From Vulcanimicrobiota bacterium (GTDB taxonomy: Bacteria > Vulcanimicrobiota > Vulcanimicrobiia > Vulcanimicrobiales > Vulcanimicrobiaceae): a stretch of 64,000 nucleotides of DNA. The notes under the pieces are model-generated. The model was not told the origin of the DNA. It saw only the letters and a program-made list of their open reading frames with translations, and did no database searches. The DNA lies in contig CAWHWQ010000005.1 in the NCBI GenBank assembly GCA_963833095.1, forward strand, positions 128,001 through 192,000, read 5' to 3'. A program made the position numbers and the translations under genes. How positions within the stretch are numbered: position 1 is the first letter of the stretch; each line of letters starts with the position of its first letter. Of the stretch, positions 9,811-20,745 are shown piece after piece.

Positions 9811-12219
9811 ATGATGAGCCGCCGTTTTCTTGCTGTTGCGTGCGTTGCCGCATTTCTGGGGAGCTGTACGCCGGGAACCAAACTCGGCGGCCCCCTGCCG
9901 GTCGGGAGTCCGACGCCCACCTCCACAACGCCGCCTCCCCCGCCGGGCTCGACAACGGCTCCGCTCACGTTCACGTTCGCGATGCCGACAGTCGCCTCGA
10001 TGAAAGCACGGCGGCCATTGCTCGCCTCGGCCAACACGCAGTCGCTCGCGATCTTCATCTATGCCGCCGGCTCACAGCCCGGATCGACGCCCACCGCAAC
10101 AGCCAATGTCGGTGCAAGCGCAACAGGCTGCGCGACGGCGGGGGCGCAGATCACGTGTTCGATCACGGTCACGGCACCACTCGGCAATCAGGAACTCGAG
10201 ATCGTCGCGATGAGCGGCCCCAACGGTACCGGAACAGCGCTTGGGAGCGTAACGCAAGCCGTTACGGTCGCGGCCGGTGCGGCACCAATCTCGCTGACGC
10301 TCAACGGCACGCCCGCGCTGATCAAGCTTTCACTCGAAACCCCCGTGCTTGCGCTTGGCACGTCCGGCACGTCGATTCTCGACGTCGACGCATATGATGC
10401 GACCGGCGCGTTGATCGTCGCGCCCGGCTCGTTTACAGCACCGCTCACCATCGCGAGCAGCTCGACGTCGGTCTCGCTGTCGACGGCGACCGCGAGCGCG
10501 CCGGGTACAAAAATCACCGTGACGTATGGTGGATCATCGAGTATCCCCTACGCGGTGCAATTCACTGCAACGGGCGGCGGCGTGCCGACGAGCCTCGTCG
10601 TCGGCGCGACGCTACTCTTTGAGCCAAGTCAAAGTATGGCGATTGTCAAGGGCGGTGGCGGAACCGCGTCGGTTTCTACCCTCGCTATCACCGCCCTCAG
10701 CCTGCCGGCCCAGGCCTTCACCTTCCTTACGAGCCCAACCACGCAAACATTTGCGACCGGCGGCTTTGCTGCGTTGCCCGACGGCGGTTACGCCGCAGCG
10801 GTAACAAACTACACGACGACTTGTTCGCTCGTGATCTATCCCGTCGGCTCAACGCAAGGGACGACCGCGATGACGTTTACGTACTCCGGCGGCACTTCCG
10901 CCATATGTCCGATCGCGAGCGAGCCGGCGACCGGTGATCTGCTCGTTGCCGATAATGGCGGCGGTTCGGAACTGACGGAGTATTCGGTTAGCGGGACGAC
11001 GGTCACCGCAACCGGAAGGACGATCACGGGCGTCGCGCCGATCGGCATCGCCGTCAACGCAACCGGTGCGATTGCGATAATTAATAGCGGCCATGTGGTC
11101 ACGTACGCTGCGGGTGCGTCGGGAGCCGCAGCGCCGAGCGGGTCGGCGAATCTCACGGTTGCGCCAAGTGGCGTTGCCATTGGGAGCGACGGCGCGGTCG
11201 ACGTGATCGCGCCTAAGAGCGGCGGCGGTTATACGATTAACGAATACGATGCAACCCTCGCGTCGCATGTGAGCGTGAACGAAGCGGCGGCGAGCGGAAC
11301 GACCATCACTCCTTACGGTATTGGCATCGACGCGTCGGATGAGGCGCTGGCACTTTACAGTGCAGAGAGTGCATCGATGACCGGCTCCGCTGTCGACGTA
11401 TGGGCACCCGGTTCACAGTCGGCGCCGGCGCGCACGCTAGCGTTGGGGGCTGTCGTGCGCGGGTTCAGCTTATTCGGTCCGATCATCGCGCCATCACCAG
11501 TTCCTCCCTCGAGCAACACTGCTGTGACCGGCGACATGATTGGCTATGCCGCGAACCGCGCGTGGACCTATCAGGTTGCCGCCGATTATTCCACACCGTA
11601 CTATGTCGGACTCTACGCTGACCCGAATCTTGTCAATGGTAACATTCGTCTCGTCGGGTTTGAGTCGTCATCGTCATCGCCATCGACCTTGTTTACCAGC
11701 AGTAACGAGATCGGTAGCCTCGACGTCACCCCGCTCAACGGTAGCTATCTCGCCGCGGCATTCGCATCCGTATCGAGCGGTACGAACGGTACGTCGGGTT
11801 CGGTCCCGGGTTCGCCCTTGCTCGTTCCAGGTTCGATGACGTTGGGGCAAGCGTGGAACCCGCTGCAGAATGCAGGCATCGCTGGGGCTGTGGGCGTGAC
11901 GGCGTCCGCGCAAGTCGTCGCCACCGGGAACGTCCCGGGAATCGCTGCCTGTCCGAGCGGCAGCCGTGGTGCGACCGTATCATATGCGGTCCAAATCGGA
12001 TCGCTCGTGCAAGCACCAGCGGTCGTGAGTTACGTACCCGGGTGCGGGATCACTGCGGTTCAAGCCAGCAGCGGTCAGACCAGCGTCGTCTTGCAGAGCG
12101 TAGGATCGATGCCGAGCCTCGGGCAGCTCGACGCGCCGCGCGGTCAACCGCCGATTGTCGCCGCACTACACGCGCTCTGGCAACGGACTCTTGGCGTGCA
12201 TCCACCGTCACACTTGTAG
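9811..12219 (+). CDS. Large S/T/A/G-rich surface lipoprotein with beta-rich (Ig-like and NHL/propeller-like) regions
   Basis: Lipobox FLGS-C, Pro/Thr linker, repeated P.G(I/V)A(V/I) blade motifs. Confidence 0.7.
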   Translation: MMSRRFLAVACVAAFLGSCTPGTKLGGPLPVGSPTPTSTTPPPPPGSTTAPLTFTFAMPTVASMKARRPLLASANTQSLAIFIYAAGSQPGSTPTATANVGASATGCATAGAQITCSITVTAPLGNQELEIVAMSGPNGTGTALGSVTQAVTVAAGAAPISLTLNGTPALIKLSLETPVLALGTSGTSILDVDAYDATGALIVAPGSFTAPLTIASSSTSVSLSTATASAPGTKITVTYGGSSSIPYAVQFTATGGGVPTSLVVGATLLFEPSQSMAIVKGGGGTASVSTLAITALSLPAQAFTFLTSPTTQTFATGGFAALPDGGYAAAVTNYTTTCSLVIYPVGSTQGTTAMTFTYSGGTSAICPIASEPATGDLLVADNGGGSELTEYSVSGTTVTATGRTITGVAPIGIAVNATGAIAIINSGHVVTYAAGASGAAAPSGSANLTVAPSGVAIGSDGAVDVIAPKSGGGYTINEYDATLASHVSVNEAAASGTTITPYGIGIDASDEALALYSAESASMTGSAVDVWAPGSQSAPARTLALGAVVRGFSLFGPIIAPSPVPPSSNTAVTGDMIGYAANRAWTYQVAADYSTPYYVGLYADPNLVNGNIRLVGFESSSSSPSTLFTSSNEIGSLDVTPLNGSYLAAAFASVSSGTNGTSGSVPGSPLLVPGSMTLGQAWNPLQNAGIAGAVGVTASAQVVATGNVPGIAACPSGSRGATVSYAVQIGSLVQAPAVVSYVPGCGITAVQASSGQTSVVLQSVGSMPSLGQLDAPRGQPPIVAALHALWQRTLGVHPPSHL

Positions 12220-15200
12220 GGGCTCCGGAGAAGCCGGTTTGTGAACGAGCTTCTCGTCCTTGCGGTCTTCCGGCGAGAAGCGTAAGTACATAATCGGGAT
12301 GAGCAGCAACGTGAGCACGAGCGAACTCGAGAGGCCGCCGATGACCACGATGCCCAGCGGACGTTCGGCTTGCGACCCGGGATCGAGTGCGAGCGCGAGC
12401 GGCAGCATGCCGGCGATCATGGCGAACGTCGTCATCACGATCGGACGGAACCGGTGGTGCGCGCTCTCGACGATCGCGTCCATTTTCGACATCCCACGGT
12501 CGCGGAGTTGATTGGCAAAGTCAACGAGCAGGATACCGTTCTTTGCCACCAAGCCGACCAGCATGATGCAGCCGATCAGCGAGAACAGGTTGAGCGTCTG
12601 CCGCGTGAGCGCGAGCGCGCCTAATGCGCCGACCACGGCGACCGGCACGGTGAACATCACGATGAACGGCGTCACGTAGCTGTTATAGAGTGCGACCATC
12701 AGGAGGTACACGAGGAGAATCGAGAGCAAGAGCGAGATGCTCATCTCGTAGGTCGTATCGGTGACTTGCTCTTGGTTGCCCCCGGCCACCGGTGATACCG
12801 TAATGTCGGCCGGCAGGTGCAGGGCGCGCAGGCGCCGCTCGTAATCGCGAATGACGTTCGAAAGCGTCGCACCCGGGGTAACGTTCGCCCCGATGAGCAC
12901 GACGTTGCGCCGCTCGAGGCGAATGATCAACGGGGGCGCCGGGACGTTTTGCAGATCGACGATGTCGCCGACGCGGATGATCGAACCGTTGTTGGCGCGG
13001 ATCGGAATCGCCGAGATGCCGGCCAAATTGTCCAAGTTCTTTTGCTCGTAGATCACCTGGACATTTTTGAGGCCGTCAGGACCGGTGAATTGCGTCGCCG
13101 TGTAGCCGCCGTAGGCGGCACGCACCGCAGTCGAGGCTGCGCCGATGCTCGCGTCGAGCGCTCGCGCCGCATTGCGATTGAAGTTCACTTCGATCTGCGG
13201 CGATTCGAGCGCATTCGAGGTCGTCGCGTCGATCACGCCGGGCGTCTTCTGCAACGCCGCGAAGGCTTGATTCGCGGCATTGGTCGGATCGGCGGTAGCG
13301 CTCTCGATCACGTAGCCGATCGGCTGCGAGATACCGCCCGAGGGATCGGTCGAGGGTACGCCGGTCACTTGCGCGCCCGGCAGCGCATCTTGAATCCGGC
13401 TCGCGAGCTGCTGCGACCAGTACTGGGTCGAGTTGTGCCGTCTGGTTTTCAAGAAGATGTGGATCTGCCCGATCGCGCCATTGTTGATGTAACCGGTAAG
13501 CGCGCCTTCGTAGGCGCCGGCGATCGCGGTCTCCGACTGCACGTCGGACACCTTGAGCACGATCTGCTCGGCTTGGCGCACCGCATTGCTCACCGCGACA
13601 AGCGGCGTGCCCGTCGGATAATTGATGTTGATGAACAATTCACCGCGATCGACCGGCGGATAATATTCGAAGCCCACGACGCCAAGCGGAATAAGCAGCA
13701 GTGCTACGACGAGACTTGCAAAGGAGAGCCACACGACAAGTGCGCGGCGTTCGAGCCCCCAGGTGAGCGCGGTTTGCGCGTACCACGTACGCACGCCGTC
13801 AAACCACTCGGTGAAACGATCGACCACGCCCCACGGCCGCCAGCGCGAAAAGAGCGCCCAGCGCCCCGAGAGCGCCGGCGTCACCGCAAAGGAGACGAAT
13901 AGCGAGGTCAGCGTCGCAACCGTTACGACCAAGCCGAACTCGCGCAAGAACAATCCGACTGAGCCCGGCAAAAACGAGAGCGGGAGAAAGACGACCACGA
14001 TGACCAACGTGATCACGATGGTTGCCACGCCGATCTCGGAGATGCCGTTGATGGCCGCCTCCTTGGGGTTCTCTCCTTCTTCTTGATGGCGCGAAATGTT
14101 CTCGAGGACCACGATGGAGTCGTCGACCAAGATCCCGATCATCAAGGTCATGCCCAGCAGCGAGACCGTATCGAGCGTGAAGCCCAAGACGTTCATCGCT
14201 GCCAGCGTCACGAGAAACGAAGCCGGCACCGCGATCATGACCACGACGGCTTTACGCCATGAACGCAGGAAGAACAGCATCACGACCGCGGTGATGAGGA
14301 TACCTTCGATCAGCGTGCGGGTAACGCCCGAGAGCAGATCTTCCGTGTAGGTCGACTGCACGTTGAGCACCGAGAACTTAATCCCGGGATACTGTTGCTC
14401 AAGACGTGGAATCTGCGCGATCACTGCGTTCGACGCGGTGACTTCACTCGAGCCGGCCGCCTTCTGCACGTCGAGTTCGATCGCAGGCTTTCCGTTGGTA
14501 TACGCGTAGACGCGCTGCGTTTCGTAGGCGTCTTGAATGTTGGCTATGTCGGAGATGCGATAGAGCCGCGAGGTGGCCGTCCACGGATAGACGCTCGACG
14601 AGCTCGACGTACTGGTTGCAGCGGTGGTCGAGTTGCCGAGAAGCAGGTTGGCGACGGTCGGCACGTTCTGCACGTCGCCGCGAATGTCCAGATTCGTCTC
14701 CCGATTGGGCTCATAGACGATACCGCCCGGCGCGCGCACGTTGTTGTTCGCGATCGCATTGATGACGTCGGTCAGCGTGAATCCGGATGCCGAGATCTTC
14801 TGCGGATCGACGTTGACCTGAATCGAGGCCGTGACGTTTCCGTTTTCTTGGACGTACGAGACACCCGGTACCTGTTCGATCGACGGCACGATGTCGTTGG
14901 TGACGATCGCCGAGAGTTGACCCAGCGAGTCGGTCGTGGATGACGCGGCGAGCGAGACGACCACCGCTTCGGATGGATTGTAGATAGAGATCTGCGGTGT
15001 CGATAGATCGCTTGGCAGCTGGTGCAGCGAATTCTGCACGCGTCCCTGCACCTGCACGAGATCGGTGTTCTCATCCGAGGTCAACGAGAAAACGGCGACG
15101 ATCGACGCCTGCCCCGGCTCGATCGAGGTTTCGACGTAGCTCAGGTCCGGTGCGCCTGCGATCTGGTCTTCGAGCGGGCGTACGATCGCGTCGCGCATTT

Positions 15201-15372
15201 CGGTCGTCGAGGCGCCATTGTAGGTAAGCAGCACTTGAATCGACGGGACGTCGTAGTTCGGCAATTGTTGTTTGACCAAACGGAAACCGGAGAGCGTACC
15301 CGCGATCAACACCAAGGCGAGAAAGACGGTAACGAGCGTCGGCCGTTCGACAAAGAGCCGCGTGAATCTCAT
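12208..15372 (-). CDS. RND efflux permease (AcrB/MdtC-like)
   Basis: Start MRFTRLFVERP at 15372; GILVDDSIVVLENI, KNGILLVDF and RFRPIVMTT motifs. Confidence 0.93.
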   Translation of the reverse strand: MRFTRLFVERPTLVTVFLALVLIAGTLSGFRLVKQQLPNYDVPSIQVLLTYNGASTTEMRDAIVRPLEDQIAGAPDLSYVETSIEPGQASIVAVFSLTSDENTDLVQVQGRVQNSLHQLPSDLSTPQISIYNPSEAVVVSLAASSTTDSLGQLSAIVTNDIVPSIEQVPGVSYVQENGNVTASIQVNVDPQKISASGFTLTDVINAIANNNVRAPGGIVYEPNRETNLDIRGDVQNVPTVANLLLGNSTTAATSTSSSSSVYPWTATSRLYRISDIANIQDAYETQRVYAYTNGKPAIELDVQKAAGSSEVTASNAVIAQIPRLEQQYPGIKFSVLNVQSTYTEDLLSGVTRTLIEGILITAVVMLFFLRSWRKAVVVMIAVPASFLVTLAAMNVLGFTLDTVSLLGMTLMIGILVDDSIVVLENISRHQEEGENPKEAAINGISEIGVATIVITLVIVVVFLPLSFLPGSVGLFLREFGLVVTVATLTSLFVSFAVTPALSGRWALFSRWRPWGVVDRFTEWFDGVRTWYAQTALTWGLERRALVVWLSFASLVVALLLIPLGVVGFEYYPPVDRGELFININYPTGTPLVAVSNAVRQAEQIVLKVSDVQSETAIAGAYEGALTGYINNGAIGQIHIFLKTRRHNSTQYWSQQLASRIQDALPGAQVTGVPSTDPSGGISQPIGYVIESATADPTNAANQAFAALQKTPGVIDATTSNALESPQIEVNFNRNAARALDASIGAASTAVRAAYGGYTATQFTGPDGLKNVQVIYEQKNLDNLAGISAIPIRANNGSIIRVGDIVDLQNVPAPPLIIRLERRNVVLIGANVTPGATLSNVIRDYERRLRALHLPADITVSPVAGGNQEQVTDTTYEMSISLLLSILLVYLLMVALYNSYVTPFIVMFTVPVAVVGALGALALTRQTLNLFSLIGCIMLVGLVAKNGILLVDFANQLRDRGMSKMDAIVESAHHRFRPIVMTTFAMIAGMLPLALALDPGSQAERPLGIVVIGGLSSSLVLTLLLIPIMYLRFSPEDRKDEKLVHKPASPEPLQV

Positions 15373-18300
15373 GATGCCTCCGCCTCCTTCGCGGGTGCAG
15401 TCGGTCCGAGCCACATGAAAATGACGGGAACCAGTACGAGCGTCAAGACCAGCGAACTGATCAAGCCGCCGATAACGACGACACCAAGTGCTTGACGCTG
15501 CGCGCCGCCGGGATCGAGCGCAAGCGCAATCGGCGTCATGCCGGCGATCATCGCGCACGTCGTCATGATGATCGGGCGGAAACGCTCCTTGGCGCTTTCG
15601 ATCATTGCGCTGACCCGGTCCATACCCTGCTCGACCATATGATTGGCGAAGTCAACCAGCAGAATGCCGTTCTTGGTCGCGAGACCCACCAGCAGCACCG
15701 TCCCGATCAACGAATAGAGGTTTAGACTCTGGCGGGTGATCGCGAGCGCCAGCAGCGCGCCGACCGTTGCGACCGGCACCGCGAACATGATAATGAACGG
15801 CAGGCGATAGCTGTTATAGAGCGCGAGCATCAACAAGTACACGAGAAGAAACGAGAGCAAGAGGCCCGCGCCCATGCCGAGCACCGTGTCGGAAAGATTC
15901 TGCTGGTTGCCGCCCGCGTTCGGCTTCACCTGAACCGTATCGGGCAGCTTCAGCGCCGCAAGGTTCTTTAAGAATCGGTTCTGCACGATCGAGAGCGCGA
16001 CACCCGGCGAGAGATTCGCTTGAACGTGCACGACAGTTTCGCGGTTGGTACGAGTCATCAGCGCTTCGGACGGATCTTGCACGAGCTTAGCGATATCGAC
16101 CAAATGAATGATTGAGCCGTTGCTGGCGCGCAGCGGCAGCGCGAGCAACGTCGCGATCGAGGTCTGGAAGCTGCGCGGGTAGATCACCTGCACGTATTTG
16201 ATGCCATGCGACGTCTGGATCTGCGCGGCCAGCGTACCGCCGAATGCCGCGCGAATCGCTGAAGCCGCCGTACCGATGTTGATATCGAACGCTCGGGCAC
16301 GGTCGCGATCGAAATCGATATCGATCTGAGGCGCCAGTTGCAACGCCGAACTGTTGACGTTGATCGCGCCCGGCGTCTCCTGCAGTGCCTGGAGCACTTT
16401 CGGCGCGTATTTCTCGGGCTGGTCGTCGGTCGAGGTCACCAGGTAGTCGATCTGTTGCGAGCTGCCACCACCTATTCCGGTCGCCGCCACCGATACGATT
16501 TTCGCTCCCGGTGCAATCTTGCTCGCCATTCCACCAAAGCGCTGCGCCCACGACTCGGTCGTGCCCTTGTGGTTGTCTTGCAAGAACACGTGCACTTGTC
16601 CGACGCTGCCCTGATTGACCGTTCCGCCGAACCCGCTTTGCGTCGCACCGGCCAACGCGGTCTGCGATTGCACGGCGGGGATCTTTGCCAACTCCTTCGC
16701 CATCTCGGCAATCTTGGCGTTGACGAACGCGAGTGGAGTGCCGGTCGGATAGGTGAACTGTATGAAGACTTCACCGCGATCGACCGGCGGCATGAACTCG
16801 AACCCGATGATACCCAGCGGAACGAGCATGATCGCCGCGATCACCGCGCAGAACGAAACGATGACGACCAAACGCGGACGCCCCAGGGCCCACGGCAAGG
16901 CGGTTTGCGCATACCACAGGCGCGTGCGTTCAAACAGTTGGCTGAAGCGATCGATGAGTTTTGGCGGCTTCCACGTGGAGAGCAGCGACCAATTGCCGGC
17001 CAGCGACGGCGTCACCGTGAACGAGATGAAGAGCGATGTCAGCGTCGCGGTCACGACCACGAGCGCAAATTCCGAGAGAAAACGGCCGACCGTACCGGGC
17101 AGAAAAGCAATCGGTAAAAACACCACGACGTCGACCAAGGTGATCACGATAGCCGCCGGACCGATCTGCGAGCGCCCTTTGATCGCGGCGTCTTTTGGTG
17201 GCTCGCCTCCCGCATGATGGCGCTCGATATTCTCGAGCACGACGATCGAATCGTCGACGAGGATCCCGATGATCAGCGTCATCGCGAGCAGCGAAACCGT
17301 GTCGATCGAAAAGTTGAACGCCCGCATCAGTGCAAGCGTCACGCCCAGCGATGACGGAATCGCGACGAGCACGACGATCGCGTTGCGCCACGAACGCAGG
17401 AAGAACAGCATCACGATCGCGGTGATGAAGATTGCCTCTGAGAGCGTGCGCACGACGCCGAAAATCTGGTCCTCCGTGTAGGCCGCCTGATTGTTGAGAA
17501 TCTGGAACTGAATCTGAGGATATTGTTTCTCGATGCCGGGTAGCGCTTTGAGCACGTTGTCCGCTGCCACGACTTCGCTTGCGCCCGTCGCCTTTTGGAC
17601 GCCTAGCGAGATCGTGGGAATCGTGCCGACGTAGCTGTATTGGCGCTGCGGTTCAAAACTGTCGATGACGTTCGCGATGTCCGAAATTCGCATTTGGCGC
17701 CGCGCATAGGTCCACGGATTGACGTTCGAAAGCGATGGCCCGGAATAACCGCCCCCGCCGCCACTCGAAGGAGCCGCGACCGTGGATGAGCTCACGGTCG
17801 CGTACTGCGGCGCGACCGACAGCTGGTACGTCGCCGCAGGCGCCGTGGGTTGCGGCTGCGTCGACTGCACCGGCAGCGACAACGTCGGGGGCGGCGTAAC
17901 GGCGGTTGGTGTCACGATACTCGACGTCGTCGAGGAGGATGAACTCGCCGAAGCGGGTGGCGCGGTCGGCGCAGCCGAGAGCGCCGCACTGCTCGACGCG
18001 TTGCCCGCAGCCGTCGCCGAGCTTAGGCTCGAAGACGCCGCGGACGGCGCTCCGGGAACGCCGGCGGCAACCGGCTCGCTATAGCTCGCGTTACCGAACG
18101 AGGTCGTGTACGAGGAGGCCGCCGAGATTAGGAGATTCTCTACCGAAGAACCGGTGGTGAGGTCGCCGCGCACATCGATCGTCGTCTCGTGTCCGGGAAG
18201 ATAGGCAATGCCGCCGGGCTCGCGGTTGTTGTTGTTCTGAATCGAGCTGACCACGTCGCTGAGCGTATAACCAGCCGAGGTGAGCAAATTCGGATCGACC

Positions 18301-18860
18301 AGCACTTCGAATGCGGGCGTGACTGCGCCGTTGGCGTTGACGTTTGAAACCCCGTCGATTTGCTCGAGCGCGGGCACGATGTCGTTGCTCACGATCGCCG
18401 ACATCTGCCCGGGACTGACAGCGTTTGAACTCAGTCCGATCGTCAGAACGGTCGCTTGGGCCGGATCGAACGTACCGACGGTGGGAGCGGGCATGTCGCT
18501 AGGCAGTTGCGATTGCGCGATCATGACGCGGCGTTGCACTTGCACCAGATCCGTCGTCTTATTGGAAGAGAGATTGAAGGTGGCGGTGATCGACGCCTGA
18601 CCCTGCTGAACCGTTGTGTTAATGTACGAGAGATTCGGAGCGCCGGCGATCGCGTCTTCGAGCGGTCGCACGATCGCATCGCGGATTTCCGTGGTCGATC
18701 CGCCCGGGTAGCTCGCGCGCACACCGACGACCGGAAAATCCACGTTGGGAAACTGTTGCTGCGTGATCGTCAGCACGCCGAAGGTGCCTACGACGGCGAT
18801 CAACGCGAGCATCACGAAGATGATCGTCGGCCGCTGGACGCAAAGCCGCGTGAGCCACAT
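15369..18860 (-). CDS. RND efflux permease (AcrB/MdtB-like) with a long low-complexity insertion
   Basis: GILVDDSIVVLENI, KNGILLVDF, RFRPIIMTT; stop overlaps next start (ATGA). Confidence 0.93.
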   Translation of the reverse strand: MWLTRLCVQRPTIIFVMLALIAVVGTFGVLTITQQQFPNVDFPVVGVRASYPGGSTTEIRDAIVRPLEDAIAGAPNLSYINTTVQQGQASITATFNLSSNKTTDLVQVQRRVMIAQSQLPSDMPAPTVGTFDPAQATVLTIGLSSNAVSPGQMSAIVSNDIVPALEQIDGVSNVNANGAVTPAFEVLVDPNLLTSAGYTLSDVVSSIQNNNNREPGGIAYLPGHETTIDVRGDLTTGSSVENLLISAASSYTTSFGNASYSEPVAAGVPGAPSAASSSLSSATAAGNASSSAALSAAPTAPPASASSSSSTTSSIVTPTAVTPPPTLSLPVQSTQPQPTAPAATYQLSVAPQYATVSSSTVAAPSSGGGGGYSGPSLSNVNPWTYARRQMRISDIANVIDSFEPQRQYSYVGTIPTISLGVQKATGASEVVAADNVLKALPGIEKQYPQIQFQILNNQAAYTEDQIFGVVRTLSEAIFITAIVMLFFLRSWRNAIVVLVAIPSSLGVTLALMRAFNFSIDTVSLLAMTLIIGILVDDSIVVLENIERHHAGGEPPKDAAIKGRSQIGPAAIVITLVDVVVFLPIAFLPGTVGRFLSEFALVVVTATLTSLFISFTVTPSLAGNWSLLSTWKPPKLIDRFSQLFERTRLWYAQTALPWALGRPRLVVIVSFCAVIAAIMLVPLGIIGFEFMPPVDRGEVFIQFTYPTGTPLAFVNAKIAEMAKELAKIPAVQSQTALAGATQSGFGGTVNQGSVGQVHVFLQDNHKGTTESWAQRFGGMASKIAPGAKIVSVAATGIGGGSSQQIDYLVTSTDDQPEKYAPKVLQALQETPGAINVNSSALQLAPQIDIDFDRDRARAFDINIGTAASAIRAAFGGTLAAQIQTSHGIKYVQVIYPRSFQTSIATLLALPLRASNGSIIHLVDIAKLVQDPSEALMTRTNRETVVHVQANLSPGVALSIVQNRFLKNLAALKLPDTVQVKPNAGGNQQNLSDTVLGMGAGLLLSFLLVYLLMLALYNSYRLPFIIMFAVPVATVGALLALAITRQSLNLYSLIGTVLLVGLATKNGILLVDFANHMVEQGMDRVSAMIESAKERFRPIIMTTCAMIAGMTPIALALDPGGAQRQALGVVVIGGLISSLVLTLVLVPVIFMWLGPTAPAKEAEAS

Positions 18861-20149
18861 TAGGGTTGTTGCTGGTTCTTCTGACCGGGCGACGCGCCGG
18901 GTGATGCCGACGGGACGACATTTTGCCCCGCGGCGATGCCGAGCTGACCATTGGCAACGACTCGTGTACCGTTCGCGATCCCGGTGACGATCGAGGTCTT
19001 TCCGTCGCTGCCGAGTTCGGTAACGGTCTGCTGCTTAGCATCGCCGTTCGCGTCGACGATCATGATGGTTTTGTGCGAATCGTCGAGAAACGCGGCGGTC
19101 GGAATCCCCGTGCCGCTCACCGTCGGAAGTTGGATCGTTCCCGTTACGGCCATGCCGGATTGCAGCCGGTCACCCGGATTCGCCGCGATGGCCTCGACGG
19201 TAAAGTTGGTCGAACCGGGCTGCACTTGCCCGAGCACCGCATTGACCCGGCCCTGATACGTCGCGTTGGTCACCCCGGAAACCGCAAGACTCACCGGCGC
19301 GCCACGCTGAATCGTGAACACGTTGGACGACGACGCATTGAGTTCTGCGTAAACCGGATCGAGTTGCTGCACGGTGAAGATCGTGCGCGACCCCGGGTAT
19401 TCGCCGGGATTGAGATTGCGGTTGACAATGACGCCGTCGACCGGAGAAACGATCGTCGCTTTGACGATTGAAGCTTCGATTTGATCGGCTTGCGCGTGCG
19501 CCGCCTGCGCATCAGCGATCGCCGAGGCAACCGTCGCGGCCTGAAGACCCTGCTGGTTATTGCCGTTGACTTGCGCGTTGAGCACGGCCGTGTTATAGGT
19601 TTGCTGGTCCTGCACGTAGGCGGCGTGCGCAGCCTCGAGCGTCGATTCCGAAACGTAGCCGCTCTTGTACAGCGAGTTGTCCTGATTGTAAACCAGCTTG
19701 GCGTTGTTCATCGCGGCCTGCGCGGCCGAAACGCTGTTGGTACCTTGGCCGAGGTTGAGCTGCGCTTGATACTTGGTCTGGACGGCACGCGCGTCGGCGG
19801 ACGCTGCGTTACTCTCGTCGGCGTTGTAATTCGCACGCAGATCCGTCGTATCCAAGATTGCGAGCACCTCGCCGCGGTGCACGTGATCGCCTTGGATCAC
19901 GTTGACGACGTCGGTCGGTTCGCTCAACGAACTCGAGATCGAGACGTTCTGATAGGGGGCGACGATCCCGGCGATCTGTGCCGTCGGCTTCACGGTTGCC
20001 GGTGCAGCCGTCACGGTCGGAATTGCCGCTGCGCCGGCAGGGCCGCTACCGCGGTGGTGGCGCTGGCTGCCCCCGCATCCGGCAAAGATAAGCGCAAGTC
20101 CCCCGAGCGCGGCACACAGAAGGGGCTTCTTAAAGCGGTAAAGCAGCAT
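18860..20149 (-). CDS. RND periplasmic adaptor (membrane fusion protein)
   Basis: Lipobox FAG-C, GDHVHRGEVLA, coiled coil, IVSPVDGVI, LQSGM; probable start 20149. Confidence 0.9.
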   Translation of the reverse strand: MLLYRFKKPLLCAALGGLALIFAGCGGSQRHHRGSGPAGAAAIPTVTAAPATVKPTAQIAGIVAPYQNVSISSSLSEPTDVVNVIQGDHVHRGEVLAILDTTDLRANYNADESNAASADARAVQTKYQAQLNLGQGTNSVSAAQAAMNNAKLVYNQDNSLYKSGYVSESTLEAAHAAYVQDQQTYNTAVLNAQVNGNNQQGLQAATVASAIADAQAAHAQADQIEASIVKATIVSPVDGVIVNRNLNPGEYPGSRTIFTVQQLDPVYAELNASSSNVFTIQRGAPVSLAVSGVTNATYQGRVNAVLGQVQPGSTNFTVEAIAANPGDRLQSGMAVTGTIQLPTVSGTGIPTAAFLDDSHKTIMIVDANGDAKQQTVTELGSDGKTSIVTGIANGTRVVANGQLGIAAGQNVVPSASPGASPGQKNQQQP

Positions 20150-20243
20150 CGCCGCAAAGGCTACGCCACCAGGCAGAGCGATTCCTGAGAGCGCTTGCTC
20201 ATTTGAACGATTTCTCAGCTTCATGCGGTACAGTGATACCGTT

Positions 20244-20717
20244 ATGAAGAGCTGGGTCAAACAGGCCCTGCGTACCATCCCCGCAGTGGCCGCTTCTATC
20301 GCTTTCCTCGGTTTGCCGAGCATTGGGCTCGCGCAGCAGTCGATGCCGAGCTACGCCGTGACCAAGATCGAGACGATCAAGGGCACCGTTTCGAGTTTTA
20401 ACGGGAAATATTCGATGTACGTGCGCGACGTGCGCGGCTACATCGATGACGTCACGCTGCATCAAGGCACGATCATCAACCCGACCGGAATCCGCCTGCA
20501 ACCGGGTTATCCGGTGACGATCTCCGGGCGGCCCAATGGTTCGACCTTTCTGGCCGATCAGATCGACACGCCCTTCCGCGTCGTCTACGGGTACGGCTAT
20601 CCCGCATACCCCTACTACGGCTACGGTTACGGCTACCCGTATCCGGCCTACGGCCTGAGCCTCGGCTTTGGGTGGGGTGGATACGGCGGTTGGGGCTGGG
20701 GCGGCCGGCATAGGTAG
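20244..20717 (+). CDS. Secreted hypothetical protein, small beta domain with Gly/Tyr/Trp-rich tail
   Basis: Signal peptide ending GLA-QQ; GTIINPTG...G.PVTISG; YGYGYP repeats. Confidence 0.7.
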   Translation: MKSWVKQALRTIPAVAASIAFLGLPSIGLAQQSMPSYAVTKIETIKGTVSSFNGKYSMYVRDVRGYIDDVTLHQGTIINPTGIRLQPGYPVTISGRPNGSTFLADQIDTPFRVVYGYGYPAYPYYGYGYGYPYPAYGLSLGFGWGGYGGWGWGGRHR

Positions 20718-20745
20718 CGGGCGCCCGCCGTCAAATTGTCGCTGA

